Notes: generated by a model from the sequence alone, not told the origin. A stretch of 64,000 nt of DNA from an uncultured Bacteroidales bacterium (GCA_902778265.1 CACYXI010000010.1:985-64984), one strand, 5' to 3'. Shown: positions 29,772 through 41,070, counted from the first letter of the stretch. Numbers and translations are program-made.

Positions 29772-32700
29772 TTATTTTACTTCTTCTGACTTCGGTGTAC
29801 CCTGGAACCGCTCATGCAGTTTCTGGAACACGATAAAGAAGGCTGGAACAACGAAGAGTAGGGCGAGAGTACCAACGCTCATACCACCGATTACTCCAAG
29901 GGCAAGGGCGCGGTTACCATTGGCACCGGCACCACCTTCGATAACGAGCGGTATCATACCGATGATCATCGTAGCCACTGTCATAAGGATAGGGCGAAGA
30001 CGCTCCTTACAAGCCTCAAAGGCAGCATCAACTATGCTCATGCCCTGAGCACGGCGCTCTGATGCGAACTCGGTAATGAGGATAGCGGTCTTTGAGAGCA
30101 AGCCTATCAGCATGATGACACCCGTCTGCAGGTATATGTTATTATCTGAACCTGGCAGGTTGACCAAAGAGCAGACATAGGCACATACGAAAGCACCCAT
30201 CAATCCGAATGGTACACTCATAAGCACTGCCATTGGGGTGAACCAAGAGTTGTAGAGTGATGCCAAGATAAGATAGATAAGGATTGCACAGATACCATAG
30301 ATGAGTGCTGTGGTATTAGACCCTGCAGCTTCCTCAACCTCACGCGACATATTACTATATTCATACGTGCAGGTAGGTGGCATTTCCTGTTTGAACACCT
30401 CTTCTATAACCTTGTGAGCCTCGCCCTCGCTATAACCGCTTGCAGCTGTTACGTTACACGTAATGCTCTGGAACAGATTGAAGTGCTCTATGTTAGATGG
30501 ACCAACAATCTCCTTCAGCGTAACGAATTCAGAGAGAGGTGCCATCTTACCACCTTTCACCTTAACGAAGATGTTATTGAGTGATGATGGGTCGAGACGA
30601 TACTGAGGCGCAGCACTTGCCATGATTCGATATACCTTACCGAACTGGTTAAAATTACCTATGTATGAACCACCACAGAATGAGCCGAGCGTACTAAGAA
30701 CGGTCTTTGGCGAAACACCAGAACGGTCGCACTGGGTAGCATCTACACTAACCTGATATTTAGGATAGCGCTCTGAGTATGATGACATCGCCATATTAAT
30801 CTCAGGGCGCTCAGCCATTTTTGTAAGGAAATGCTGAGTGTTCTTGGCGAACTCCGACAGATTGCCGTCAGTAGGATCCTGCACCACGAGACTAACGCTG
30901 TTACTCGTACCATAGCCTGGCACCTGTGGCAACTGGAATGGCAACACCTGTAAGTTCTTGATATCCTTACAAGCATAGTAGAGACGTCCGATAACAAGGT
31001 CAATCAGATGATTCATACCAGGACGCTCATCCCAATGCTTCAGACGTACAACGAGCGTAGCATAGTTAGAACCATTGCCTGAAATCAGACCATAGCCACA
31101 CGAAACGGCGAAGCTCTCCATTTCTGGAATCTGCTTTACCTTCTCTTCCACCTGCTTAGTCAACTCTTGTGTCTGCTGCAATGTATAGCCCTCTGGAGCA
31201 CGAATTTCAGCAAGGAATACACCCTGATCCTCTTGTGGCACGAGTCCTGATGGAAGATTCTTCATAAAGAATACCAAAAGCACGCAGGAAATAGCCAATA
31301 GTCCCCACGACCAGATAGGTCGCTTGATAAACTTCTGTACGGCTCTTGAATACTTTCCGAAGATAGCATTATAGCTCACGTTATAGGCTTTCTTGGTGTA
31401 GTAGGTCAAGGACTTGCCCTCTTTCTTGCCTTCCGTAAACTTTAGCATAATGGCACAGAGTGCAGGGCATAATGTCAAGGCTGAAACGCATGACAGACCA
31501 ACGGCAGATGCGATAGTAACACCGAACTGGGTGAAGAATGTGCCTGACGTACCGGCCATGAATGTAACAGGAATGAACACCGCCATGAATACCAATGTAC
31601 ATGAGATAACGGCAACCGAAACCTCACTCATTGCCTGTTTGGTGGCTTCGCGAGCATCAGAAATGCCTCCCTCCATCTTCGCCATAACAGCCTCTACCAC
31701 AACAATGGCATCATCCACCACAGTACCGATAGCCAGCACGAGTGCAAATAATGTCAGGATGTTGAGTGAGAATCCTGCCAATGAAACGATGGCGAATGTT
31801 CCGAGCAGAGAAACGCAGATAGATATTGACGGGATAATCGTTGCCTTGAAGTTCTGCAAGAAGAAGAACACCACGAGGATAACGAGAATGATAGCTATGA
31901 TAAGCGTCTCTACTACGTTGTGGATAGCGGCAAAGAGGAAGTCGTCAGATGTCTGCATCGTCACAAACTCCAGTCCAGCTGGCATCGTTTTCTGCATATC
32001 CTCACACATCTTCGTGATGCGGGCATTTACCTCCGTAGCATTGGCATCAGGTGCCTGGAATACCATGAGAAGTGTACCTGGCTGACCGTTGATGTTTGAC
32101 ATGAAGCTATAGCTCTGAGCACCAATCTCCACCTCAGCTACATCGCCAAGATGCAGGAGATGACCACCATCCTTCGTTCTCAGCACGATGTCCTGAAACT
32201 CTTCCACGCTCTTCAGCGTACCCTTGTACTCCATAGAGTACTGGTATTTGTTCTCTGACATTTCTCCCAAAGAACCAGTTGAGGCTACAAAACTCTGACC
32301 GCTGATAGCTGTGAACACATCATTTGGCTCCAAACCATACTGTGCCATAACGTCAGGCTTCAACCAGATTCGCAGGGCGTAGGTGTTTCCCAATGCTGTT
32401 ACATCACCAACACCCGTGATACGCTGCAAGCGAGGCTTGATGTTGATATCCACGTAGTTAGAGATGAAATCATCGTTGTATTTTCCGTCCTTGCTCCTCA
32501 CAGCGAGAATGCGGAGGATGTTGCTCTGCATCTTCATCACCTGCACGCCAACCTTCGTTACATCGGCAGGAAGCAATGCCTGTGCCCTCGATACGCGGTT
32601 CTGTACGTTTACCGCCGCCATATCAGGATCGGTGCCTTGTTTGAAATACACGCTGATACTCACATCGCCCGATGAGGAAGCCTTTGAAGTCATATAGGTC

Positions 32701-32927
32701 ATATTTGGAACACCGTTGATGCTCTCCTCCAAAGGCTGTATCACCGATTTCATAATGGTGTTAGCATCGGCACCTGTGTAGGCGGTCGTAATCATGACCT
32801 GTGGCGGCGCGATGCTTGGATATTGCTCAATGGATAGCGACTTCATGCAGATGAAGCCCACCAATGCAATGATGATACTGATGGCACATGCCATCACGTA
32901 TCTATTAATGAAAATGTTGTTCTTCAT
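29772..32927 (-). CDS. RND efflux permease (AcrB/HAE1 family)
   Basis: QYPSIAPP, IGTVVDDAIVVVE, RLRPILMT. Confidence 0.96.
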   Translation of the reverse strand: MKNNIFINRYVMACAISIIIALVGFICMKSLSIEQYPSIAPPQVMITTAYTGADANTIMKSVIQPLEESINGVPNMTYMTSKASSSGDVSISVYFKQGTDPDMAAVNVQNRVSRAQALLPADVTKVGVQVMKMQSNILRILAVRSKDGKYNDDFISNYVDINIKPRLQRITGVGDVTALGNTYALRIWLKPDVMAQYGLEPNDVFTAISGQSFVASTGSLGEMSENKYQYSMEYKGTLKSVEEFQDIVLRTKDGGHLLHLGDVAEVEIGAQSYSFMSNINGQPGTLLMVFQAPDANATEVNARITKMCEDMQKTMPAGLEFVTMQTSDDFLFAAIHNVVETLIIAIILVILVVFFFLQNFKATIIPSISICVSLLGTFAIVSLAGFSLNILTLFALVLAIGTVVDDAIVVVEAVMAKMEGGISDAREATKQAMSEVSVAVISCTLVFMAVFIPVTFMAGTSGTFFTQFGVTIASAVGLSCVSALTLCPALCAIMLKFTEGKKEGKSLTYYTKKAYNVSYNAIFGKYSRAVQKFIKRPIWSWGLLAISCVLLVFFMKNLPSGLVPQEDQGVFLAEIRAPEGYTLQQTQELTKQVEEKVKQIPEMESFAVSCGYGLISGNGSNYATLVVRLKHWDERPGMNHLIDLVIGRLYYACKDIKNLQVLPFQLPQVPGYGTSNSVSLVVQDPTDGNLSEFAKNTQHFLTKMAERPEINMAMSSYSERYPKYQVSVDATQCDRSGVSPKTVLSTLGSFCGGSYIGNFNQFGKVYRIMASAAPQYRLDPSSLNNIFVKVKGGKMAPLSEFVTLKEIVGPSNIEHFNLFQSITCNVTAASGYSEGEAHKVIEEVFKQEMPPTCTYEYSNMSREVEEAAGSNTTALIYGICAILIYLILASLYNSWFTPMAVLMSVPFGLMGAFVCAYVCSLVNLPGSDNNIYLQTGVIMLIGLLSKTAILITEFASERRAQGMSIVDAAFEACKERLRPILMTVATMIIGMIPLVIEGGAGANGNRALALGVIGGMSVGTLALLFVVPAFFIVFQKLHERFQGTPKSEEVK

Positions 32928-32950
32928 AATAATCGAGGTAGCAAATTCTT

Positions 32951-34081
32951 TTACTTCTCACTCTTCTTTTCTTCAGGGAAGAGTACCTTTTGACCTTCCT
33001 GCACGTTGTTCGCACCAATGGTAACAATCTTGTCGCCAACTTTTAGACCGTTGGTGACAATAACATCTTCACCATTGCCTATATCGGTTGTTGTTACCGT
33101 AACGGCAGTTGCCGTACTGTCGGCCTTAACCTTATATACCTGCTGTTTATCTTGCAGCTTCACTACTGCCGTTTGCGGAATTACCATCACGTCCTTCTCT
33201 GCGAAAGGTAACACCACAGTACCCTGTATGCCAGAGAAAAGGTGTCCGTCTGGGTTAGGGAACGAAGCCTTTGCACCCAACGAACCAGTAGCAGCATCTA
33301 CTACGCCCGTCAGACTGGTGATGCGTCCCTTGTGTGGGTATTCTGTGCCGTTTTTCATTAGTAATGTCACGTCTGGCAGAGCTGCCAAGTGTTTTTTCAT
33401 GTCGTCTTTGGTAAGGCCTGCTGATACTGATGCCTCGATGAGTGCTTCTGTTACAGAGAACTCAGCATCCATCGTTGTGTTACCGCTTAATATTGTAAGG
33501 TGTGTGGCAGGCGAAACCTGATCACCAGTACGGACAGGTATCTCACCAATGACTCCCATCACAGGAGCCGTTATGGTACAGAAACCGAGATTGACCTGAG
33601 CACGGTTTACCTGCGTCTTTGCCTGCGCAACCGATGCCTGAGCCTGTTTGTATGCGTTTTCTGAATTATCAAGCATATAACGACTCACAATCTTCTTCTC
33701 AAACAGGTTCTTGTTCGACTCATACTCCAGCTTTGCGCTGTTCTCCGAAGCCATTGCAGCCTGCAAGTTTGCCTGAGCAGCCTCTAATTCCAGCATCGCA
33801 TTACGCGAGTCGATGACGAAGAGCGTCTGCCCTTTATGCACGTGCTGACCCTCTGTAACGCAGATCTGCATCAACTGTCCGCTTACTTGTGGCGAGATAG
33901 TCACGTCAGTCTGTCCTTTCAGTTTTGCACTAAACTTAACAGGCACCGTAACGTCCTTCTTCTCCACTGTCATTGTCTCGTACGAGGTCATTATTTCCTT
34001 TGGCATGTCAATACCACAAGCCGTTAGACCACCGACCACCGTTCCGAGTATCATTACCCATTTGATAGTTTCCTTTTTCAT
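32951..34081 (-). CDS. RND periplasmic adaptor (AcrA-like)
   Basis: Lipobox LTAC, PQVSGQL, ITAPVMGVIG, VDAATGS. Confidence 0.94.
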   Translation of the reverse strand: MKKETIKWVMILGTVVGGLTACGIDMPKEIMTSYETMTVEKKDVTVPVKFSAKLKGQTDVTISPQVSGQLMQICVTEGQHVHKGQTLFVIDSRNAMLELEAAQANLQAAMASENSAKLEYESNKNLFEKKIVSRYMLDNSENAYKQAQASVAQAKTQVNRAQVNLGFCTITAPVMGVIGEIPVRTGDQVSPATHLTILSGNTTMDAEFSVTEALIEASVSAGLTKDDMKKHLAALPDVTLLMKNGTEYPHKGRITSLTGVVDAATGSLGAKASFPNPDGHLFSGIQGTVVLPFAEKDVMVIPQTAVVKLQDKQQVYKVKADSTATAVTVTTTDIGNGEDVIVTNGLKVGDKIVTIGANNVQEGQKVLFPEEKKSEK

Positions 34082-34251
34082 GTTATTGCTTATTTTTTAT
34101 GTGAGTTCAACAAGTGTAAGTGTTTTTGTGATTCAGGGATTAGCAGAAATTTAGGTATCAAATTTGAAATTTGTACTTTCCGTTTCTTTTATATGTTTTT
34201 AATGGTTATAATCCGATCACATTTTTCTATATGCAACGTGCAAAGTACCCT

Positions 34252-34323
34252 CGCACGAAATCAAAAGTGCAGGTCTGCTCAAAAAGCAAGTGCACGATAT
34301 TTGATTTTATGTGTGCAAAAATA
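34252..34323 (-). promoter_or_regulatory. Promoter-proximal structured leader, copy 1 of a 3-copy motif
   Basis: TATTTTTG promoter, then GTGCA-hairpin-TGCAC-TTTT...TTCGTGCG; aligns with 40621-40689 and 57651-57720. Confidence 0.6.
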
Positions 34324-34404
34324 ATCAATTTCTCCGATTCCTCCAAATTTTTTGACAAAAAATCAAAAAAAATGTCAAACATACTAAGGCTTGAATATTT
34401 TTGG

Positions 34405-34579
34405 AACGTGATTTCTACGAATACGCACCTTTGGCGCTTAAACTGACAATAATTACCAATCTTCCCAATCTTTACCCAATAAAATTTGTAATTTATGGAA
34501 AAAGATTGCGTAGATTGGTAATTATTGTCAGTTAAAAGCAGCTTGTTGCCAGACAATTATAATTCATCGAACTGGTGTT
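34405..34579. mobile_element. MITE-like element (family C; family-A-like ends), copy 1
   Basis: Internal IR AACTGACAATAATTACCAATCT / AGATTGGTAATTATTGTCAGTT; copies at 38730-38890 and 53285-53458. Confidence 0.8.
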
Positions 34580-34670
34580 CTTTTAGATAAAATTTATGGA
34601 AATTCGTGGGAATTTACGGATAATTCATGTAGCCAAGCGCTGCGTTTAATTTCATCGAATCTGCGTTAAT

Positions 34671-35480
34671 TTATTCGGCAGTACTATCAACAACAGTAAT
34701 TTCATGGATGGTGATATTACCTTTTTCGTCTATGCTAAGCGGTGCAGAGAAATCGGGCATATCGTCATAAAGAAGTGCAAGACCGGTGGTGTATTTCACA
34801 CCTGGCACAAAGACGACCTTTGGCTCGTCGCCGCTGAGATCGTAGTAAAGTTGTTCTCCAATCCACATAGGGCTTTCTTCGTCAAAACCGCCCATATCGG
34901 TAATGGAGTTAGTGACGGTGGTCAAAGTTTTTTCTCCATCATAAATAGTCATGTTCTCACCATCAACGATGTACCCGACGCGCTTGAGCAGTTCCTGTTG
35001 CACGGCATAGGGATTCACCTCAGTTTTGATATATGCCTTACCATCCTCTTGAAAACGAATCTGATAGAGCCATTCTACATTGACGCCTGTACCTGACATA
35101 GCACAACTTGTAAGCCATAGATCGCCCGTCTTTGCATTATATTTTGCCTGTGGCTGACGAGTGTTGCGAATGCCGAGGAAATTAGTTGAGGCTGCACCTT
35201 TTGTCACGACGAAGCCGAAACCTTCAGATGATGTCTGGTCAATTTCGTCAATAGAGAACACCGCTACATTTGCAGCAGTATCGTTCATAACCTCATGATA
35301 ATGAAGCTTTAGCGCATTATCCATCGCTTTCTGAACATCAACTGGGATTGAGTCTGGCTGCAAAGGCATATCCAATGTGCCAGCCATTGTTTTAGTATCA
35401 AGAGTTGCACTCTTACAACCTGCCATCATCATACAAATGGCAAGGAACAAAACGGATGCCGAAAAAGATTTTTTTCTCAT
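34671..35480 (-). CDS. Hypothetical lipoprotein
   Basis: Lipobox MAGC, 269-aa ORF. Confidence 0.75.
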   Translation of the reverse strand: MRKKSFSASVLFLAICMMMAGCKSATLDTKTMAGTLDMPLQPDSIPVDVQKAMDNALKLHYHEVMNDTAANVAVFSIDEIDQTSSEGFGFVVTKGAASTNFLGIRNTRQPQAKYNAKTGDLWLTSCAMSGTGVNVEWLYQIRFQEDGKAYIKTEVNPYAVQQELLKRVGYIVDGENMTIYDGEKTLTTVTNSITDMGGFDEESPMWIGEQLYYDLSGDEPKVVFVPGVKYTTGLALLYDDMPDFSAPLSIDEKGNITIHEITVVDSTAE

Positions 35481-35590
35481 AATCTATTTGTATATTGGCG
35501 TTATTTAACGTAGGAAATCTGGACTGATCATTAATAAGGTATGACCGAAACAATGATCATACCTTTTTATATATTCACCAAATATCCCGA

Positions 35591-35872
35591 TTACGAATTT
35601 CTCTCAACCCACTCCTTGATAGCAGTAAGTGCAATCGATTGGAATGAAGTGCCGATGTGCTCATCCTTATAGTCACGCATACGACGATACAAGCTCATCG
35701 GAATCTGCACGTTCAATCCCTTGGTACGCTCCTCCTCCATATCCCTCAGCATCTGAGCATACTGTGTAGCGCCCTTGGACGATGAAGAAGCACGTTTGGC
35801 ACTAATCTTTTCCTCGGTGTTCTTGCTGAAAACACTCTTCTGAACCAAATCCTCCGAAAACTTATTCTTCAT
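35591..35872 (-). CDS. Small ribbon-helix-helix-like protein, putative ParA partner
   Basis: Low-complexity N-tail then LNVQIPMSLYRRM...FQSIALTAIKEWV; ATGA overlap with parA. Confidence 0.65.
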   Translation of the reverse strand: MKNKFSEDLVQKSVFSKNTEEKISAKRASSSSKGATQYAQMLRDMEEERTKGLNVQIPMSLYRRMRDYKDEHIGTSFQSIALTAIKEWVERNS

Positions 35873-36711
35873 TTCTTTCCTTTCTTATTATCGTTAATAA
35901 TTTTCTTTGCAAGATCGAGATAATCTATTGCCGTTGAACAAGTTGGAGCGTACTCATAGAGATTCTGCCCCATAGCCTGAGCCTCTACCACCTTAGTACA
36001 GCGATGAATCCTCACATCAAGAACCTTCTCCTTATAATTGTCAGACACGATCTTCGACAATGACTTAGTCGCTGATGTCCTCTCGTTGAGCATGGTGAAC
36101 AGAATACCCTTCAACTGCATATCAGGTTTCAGTTCCTCCCTAAATTCCTCAAATGCCTTCATCGCAACTACCAGACCATCCATTGCCAAGCGTTCTGCCT
36201 GAACTGGTATTATTACAGAGTCCGACACAGACATTGCATTAAACGTGATGTCATTAAGTGCAGGAGGGCAGTCAAGCAGTATATAGTCAAATGCCTCAGT
36301 GATGTCATCTGGCAAAGACATACTTGTGTTATCATCCAAAGCCTTGCCAAAACACTTTCTCAGCACCACCTTCGGCTGCATGTTTCTCGACAGCTCAATC
36401 TGAACAGAAGACAACAGAGGATGATATGGAACGAGGAACACGCCACCTTTTCCATTTTCCGATTTTATATTCGTTTCATAGACAGGCAACGAGCTCTTAT
36501 CTCTCAAAGCCTCGTACAGAGTCCTGTCACCCGGTTTCTGATCCCAACCGAGAAGAGTACTAATATTACCCTGAGAGTCAAGGTCAATTATGAGTATTCG
36601 CAGATTCTTATTACAATGCAGAAGAGCACCTGCAAGCGAGATAACCGTTGTAGTCTTACCGGTACCTCCCTTCATTGCCACAGTAGATATAACTTCTTTA
36701 AGTCTTTCCAT
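35869..36711 (-). CDS. parA: ParA/Soj family ATPase
   Basis: KGGTGKTT, IDLDSQGN, DCPPAL, IIPVQ. Confidence 0.9.
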   Translation of the reverse strand: MERLKEVISTVAMKGGTGKTTTVISLAGALLHCNKNLRILIIDLDSQGNISTLLGWDQKPGDRTLYEALRDKSSLPVYETNIKSENGKGGVFLVPYHPLLSSVQIELSRNMQPKVVLRKCFGKALDDNTSMSLPDDITEAFDYILLDCPPALNDITFNAMSVSDSVIIPVQAERLAMDGLVVAMKAFEEFREELKPDMQLKGILFTMLNERTSATKSLSKIVSDNYKEKVLDVRIHRCTKVVEAQAMGQNLYEYAPTCSTAIDYLDLAKKIINDNKKGKK

Positions 36712-37082
36712 TTTGATTTATTCTGTTTTCTTACTTTATTATATAACTAAGACATTTTCGATATATTGCATACAAGCATACAATAATATCAAAATATTAT
36801 AGAATTATAATCCAAATACACGCAAATACGATTATATTAGTATCCAAAAGAATAACAACATAAACGGATTTTTATATAGATGTATTGTAGTACTATTGTA
36901 CTTTAGTACTACAATGTTATAGAGTACGTAACTACTCATTAAATTGGTCTTTTGGACGCTGATTATACTCACAGCACATTTTTTATCTGTATAATTGGAT
37001 TTTCTCAGAGTTTTTTTAGTGAGATTTTGTGCTCATTTTACTCTTGTAATTCGTTTTTGTAGTTTTTCTCTTCTGCCGTTGT

Positions 37083-37185
37083 ACCTTCGCTCTTCCTCCG
37101 TACCAAACTCGATGAAGCTCCGTTTCAGAAGCGGACATAGATGGGAGATGCATCGAGTTTGGTGTGGAGTTACAACGGAATCACA
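37083..37185. repeat. Member of the CCAAACTCGATG / GCTCTTCCTCCGTACCAAA repeat family (D)
   Basis: IR CCAAACTCGATG...CATCGAGTTTGG; related copies at 47705-47770, 49152-49245 and 61712-61820. Confidence 0.75.
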
Positions 37186-37491
37186 GTAGCAAGATAAAGA
37201 CGTAATGTAGCTTGCTATGTAAAAACGAATAAAACGAGATTTGCTGCAGACTTCACTGACCGTATGGAAGCATTTTATGGCTTGTGTCTGAAAATATTTC
37301 ACCAAAATCGTGAGACGTTTGCAATAATGTTGCGTTAATTGTCGAAAATGTACGTTGGTTTAGTTAATGAATACTAAAAATAGTGGGACGAGATTGTGAA
37401 ATGGTGTCGTATTTTTGTTGTTTGCGCAATTTTTCATTATATTTGCAAAAGTTTTTGTTTAGGAATTTTGTAGATAAATAAAGAAAAAACG

Positions 37492-38727
37492 ATGATTAGA
37501 AAAAATTCAATTAAAGCAAAATATCTTGCGTTGGTGGTGTTCTCAATGCTTATATTTGCAGCATGTTCGCTTGAAACTCCTAATGCTTTGGGCGACTACA
37601 AGAAAGAGACTATAACTGTAGATAGTCTTGAGGCTCAGAGTAAGCTATTGACTAAGGAACAATACTCAATAGATTCGGTGTGTTCTCTTGAACTGCCGCA
37701 GAATCTCGAATATTACAGCGTACGAAGGCTCATGGTTAGGAACAATAGGGCTTATGTCCAGATAAATAGCTATGAGAACTCGGTATATGTGTATGACTCC
37801 AACGGAAAACTCCTTTGGAAAACAGGCAGGAATGATGTTGTGAAATCTGTGTCTGATTCCGATGGAAAAATACGTAAGGTGGGGAAGAAAGCTGATGCGA
37901 AGGATGAGCAAATGGTTGATCCTGCCGATTTCTTTGTTGATGACAACGACAATCTTCATATCTTTGATCGTGGAGCGCAAAAGATTTTTGTTTTCGACAG
38001 CGAAGGCAAGGTGGTTAAGACAATATATACAGATAGAGATAATCCTTATGCTGTTGGTTTGATGAATAACGGGGAATATATGCTTTCGTTCGGTGAAAAC
38101 ACTTGTGGAGCGGCCTTGGCTACTTATGACGAATTTGGCAGAATTCAGAAGAAATTACTTCCTTTTGGTCAAGAATACAATTTCAGTGTGGCTAATAGGT
38201 GTTTTTTCCAAAATGGGAACAGGTTATGCCACATACCTTTGTTTTCTGACTCTATTCTTGTTTTCAACAATGACAAATTGGAAAAAGTTGTAAAGTTGGA
38301 TTTCAAGGGTAGGTTCATCACAGATGTTATTTCTGATGTAATTACAGGTGAAGTAAAAAAAGACGAAACTTATAAGATATCTAGTTTTGATGGGGTCCAA
38401 TATATATCTGTATATCAGGAAACAGACTCTTGGATAAATGTCTGCTATGCTCTTAAAAAACAGTATGGAGAGCGACTGATAAGAAAAAAGACAAACGAAT
38501 CATTTAGTGGAAATACGCTTTTTGAAGGTTTGCAACCATTCACGTACCTTTTCCTGTTGGATGACAAGCTCGTGTTTCTTGCTCAAAAAGATATGGTGGA
38601 GTACCTAAGGAGGCAGCCGAGGGATGAAAAATTCATGGAGGAATACAACAAATCCGCTCCAAAGGTTCAGGCTCTTATTGATGGCAAGATCAAGGCTCCT
38701 GCTATTTTCTATATCAGCATAAAGTGA
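37492..38727 (+). CDS. 6-bladed beta-propeller lipoprotein
   Basis: Lipobox FAAC, repeated VYVYDSNGK / IFVFDSEGK blades. Confidence 0.75.
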   Translation: MIRKNSIKAKYLALVVFSMLIFAACSLETPNALGDYKKETITVDSLEAQSKLLTKEQYSIDSVCSLELPQNLEYYSVRRLMVRNNRAYVQINSYENSVYVYDSNGKLLWKTGRNDVVKSVSDSDGKIRKVGKKADAKDEQMVDPADFFVDDNDNLHIFDRGAQKIFVFDSEGKVVKTIYTDRDNPYAVGLMNNGEYMLSFGENTCGAALATYDEFGRIQKKLLPFGQEYNFSVANRCFFQNGNRLCHIPLFSDSILVFNNDKLEKVVKLDFKGRFITDVISDVITGEVKKDETYKISSFDGVQYISVYQETDSWINVCYALKKQYGERLIRKKTNESFSGNTLFEGLQPFTYLFLLDDKLVFLAQKDMVEYLRRQPRDEKFMEEYNKSAPKVQALIDGKIKAPAIFYISIK

Positions 38728-38729
38728 TA

Positions 38730-38890
38730 AACGCGAATTCAACCAACTATATTTGTCTGGCAGCAAGCTGCTTTTAACTGACAATAATTACCAATCTTAC
38801 CAATCTTCAACCAATAAAAAAGAAAAGTTATGGAGAAAGATTGCGCAGATTGGTAATTATTGTCAGTTCAAGCACCAAAGGTGCTAATTC
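38730..38890. mobile_element. Family C element, copy 2 (inverted)
   Basis: TCTGGCAGCAAGCTGCTTTTAACTGACAATAATTACC...GCACCAAAGGTGC. Confidence 0.8.
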
Positions 38891-38940
38891 CGTTTCTTTC
38901 GCACTTTCCGTGTTCAAAAAATCATGGTTCTATAAAATCA

Positions 38941-38977
38941 AAAAAGGACGATATTCTATGCGAATACCGTCCTTTTT
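38941..38977. terminator. Bidirectional terminator between convergent genes
   Basis: AAAAAGGACGATATT...AATACCGTCCTTTTT. Confidence 0.75.
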
Positions 38978-39042
38978 ATGTTCTTTATTCTTTAATCTTT
39001 ACACTTTACACTTTATACTTTCCTCTTTAATCTTTTAACCAA

Positions 39043-40503
39043 TTAAAGATATCGTGTTCTGTTTGGAAGCACATAATCCATACCTGCCCCGAGAACATCA
39101 GCTACCTGATTGATTTCAAGGAATGAGGTGTGGGTGCCCTGCTTACCACCGCTGAGGTATGCCACCATGTCGGTTGGCTGGAGAACGCCGTCATCGAGGA
39201 GCTTACGGAGAGCTGCGAAATAGTAAGCCTGTCCGTTAGCCTTCTCTGGCATGAAGATAGCCTCTACACCGTAAGAGAGGGCAAGGTGACGCATGGTCTT
39301 CTCCTTGTAGCAGATAGCGAGTACAGGATATTTGCCACGGAAAGCGGCAAGGTTGCGTGCCGTGCGACCAGAGAAACTATCGGTGATGATAGCCTTGATA
39401 GGGAGGGCGAATGTTGCCTTTACTGCCTGCTTTGCAAGGTATGAGGTAACGGTTGGGTTCTCTTCGAGTGGGATGCGGATATCGTTATCAACGAGCTTAT
39501 CCTCCTCTGCCTGTGCTGCAACGGTTGTCATTGTCTGAACAGCCTCTACTGGATATTTTCCGTATGCAGTTTCGCCAGATAGCATGATGGCATCGGTACG
39601 ATAGTAGATAGCGTTGGCGATATCGGTGATCTCGGCACGTGTTGGACGTGGATGCTTGATCATGGTGTGGAGCATCTGTGTGGCAACGATTACAGGCTTC
39701 TTGGCAAGTACGCACTTCTTGATGAGGATGCGCTGTATGCCTGGGATGCGCTGCTGAGGAACCTCTATTCCAAGGTCGCCACGAGCCACCATAATGCCGT
39801 CGGCAACGGTGAGGATTTCGTCGATGTTGTCAACGCCCTCCTGATTCTCAATCTTTGCGATGATCTGAATGTCAGAACCGTATTCATCAAGGATTTCACG
39901 GATATCGAGAACGTCCTGCTTGGTGCGGACGAATGAGTGAGCGATGAAGTCGATGTCACGCTCAATAGCATATTTGATATTCTCCTTATCGCGCTCTGTG
40001 AGGGAAGGAAGGTTGATGCGGACGCCAGGCACGTTGACACTCTTGCGTGAACCAAGGGTAGATTCGTTCTGTACCTCGCACAGCAGATAGTCGTTAGTCT
40101 TCTCAATAACTTTTAGCTCCATCTCACCATCGTCGATGAGGATGTCATCTCCGTTGTTGAGGTCTGTAACGAATTTTGGGTAGCTAACGGCAATCTGTTC
40201 GCGTGTGGTGAGGATATCAGGATTTCCCACGATACGAACCTTATCGCCAATATGGTATTCTATCTGATCTGCGTCCTGGATCTTTGTTGTTCGCACCTCT
40301 GGACCTTTAGTGTCGATAAGAATGGCGATACGGTTGCTGACCTGTCGCACATTATTAATCAACTTGTCCATACCCTCGCGTGTGCCGTGGGCGGTATTCA
40401 TACGAACTACGTTCATTCCCGCTTCGAAGAGGGAACGAATAAAATCAACCTCGCATCGCAAATCAGAAATCGATGCAACGATCTTTGTCTTTTTTAGCAT
40501 CAT
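39043..40503 (-). CDS. pyk: Pyruvate kinase
   Basis: KTKIV, DTKGPEVR, IIAKIEN, MVARGDLG, ATQML, MLSGETA. Confidence 0.98.
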   Translation of the reverse strand: MMLKKTKIVASISDLRCEVDFIRSLFEAGMNVVRMNTAHGTREGMDKLINNVRQVSNRIAILIDTKGPEVRTTKIQDADQIEYHIGDKVRIVGNPDILTTREQIAVSYPKFVTDLNNGDDILIDDGEMELKVIEKTNDYLLCEVQNESTLGSRKSVNVPGVRINLPSLTERDKENIKYAIERDIDFIAHSFVRTKQDVLDIREILDEYGSDIQIIAKIENQEGVDNIDEILTVADGIMVARGDLGIEVPQQRIPGIQRILIKKCVLAKKPVIVATQMLHTMIKHPRPTRAEITDIANAIYYRTDAIMLSGETAYGKYPVEAVQTMTTVAAQAEEDKLVDNDIRIPLEENPTVTSYLAKQAVKATFALPIKAIITDSFSGRTARNLAAFRGKYPVLAICYKEKTMRHLALSYGVEAIFMPEKANGQAYYFAALRKLLDDGVLQPTDMVAYLSGGKQGTHTSFLEINQVADVLGAGMDYVLPNRTRYL

Positions 40504-40574
40504 AACCTTTATTCCTTTTTTATTATTGAGCTGTTTGTGTTGGGATTTGTTATTCTAAATAAAGTTCATTATGA

Positions 40575-40689
40575 GTGTGCACGTTTTCCTTGCACATCTC
40601 GTTTTCAGGGTGCACAGGTGCGCACGAAAGAAAAAGTGCGTGTCAGCCCCCAAGGCTGGCGCACGTCTCGTTTTCTGAGTGCAAAGTTA
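40575..40689 (-). promoter_or_regulatory. pyk promoter (TAACTTTG) and structured leader, copy 2
   Basis: GTGCG-CCAGCC-ttgg-GGGCTGac-a-CGCAC-TTTTT, then TTCGTGCG. Confidence 0.65.
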
Positions 40690-40821
40690 CTAAAAAAAAT
40701 CGAAACAACCGCAAATAGATTATTTCTTGTGATATTTTCTTCTGAAAATGCCCTTTTTCTTGAGATTGGATAACTTGTGAAGTTGAAGAGTAAAGAGGAG
40801 AGTTGCAACATATACGGTTGA

Positions 40822-41070
40822 AATATTAATGTTTCAATTAATGTCCCAATTAACGTCCAAATTAATGTGTTATAAAAAAGTGCCTTACGGCGAAACATTA
40901 ATTAGGACACAAATTAAGACGTTAATTCTGACATTAATATTTTTGGAACGCAGGAAAACACAAATTAATGCGATATTAATGTGGAATTCATGATAATTAA
41001 TGTTTCCTCACGAAGTGAAAACATATAATATCGCATTAATAACACATTAATTCCGCATTAATTTCTTAAT
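40822..41070. repeat. ATTAAT-rich short-period repeat array
   Basis: Many AATTAATG / CATTAATT units in both orientations. Confidence 0.7.
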
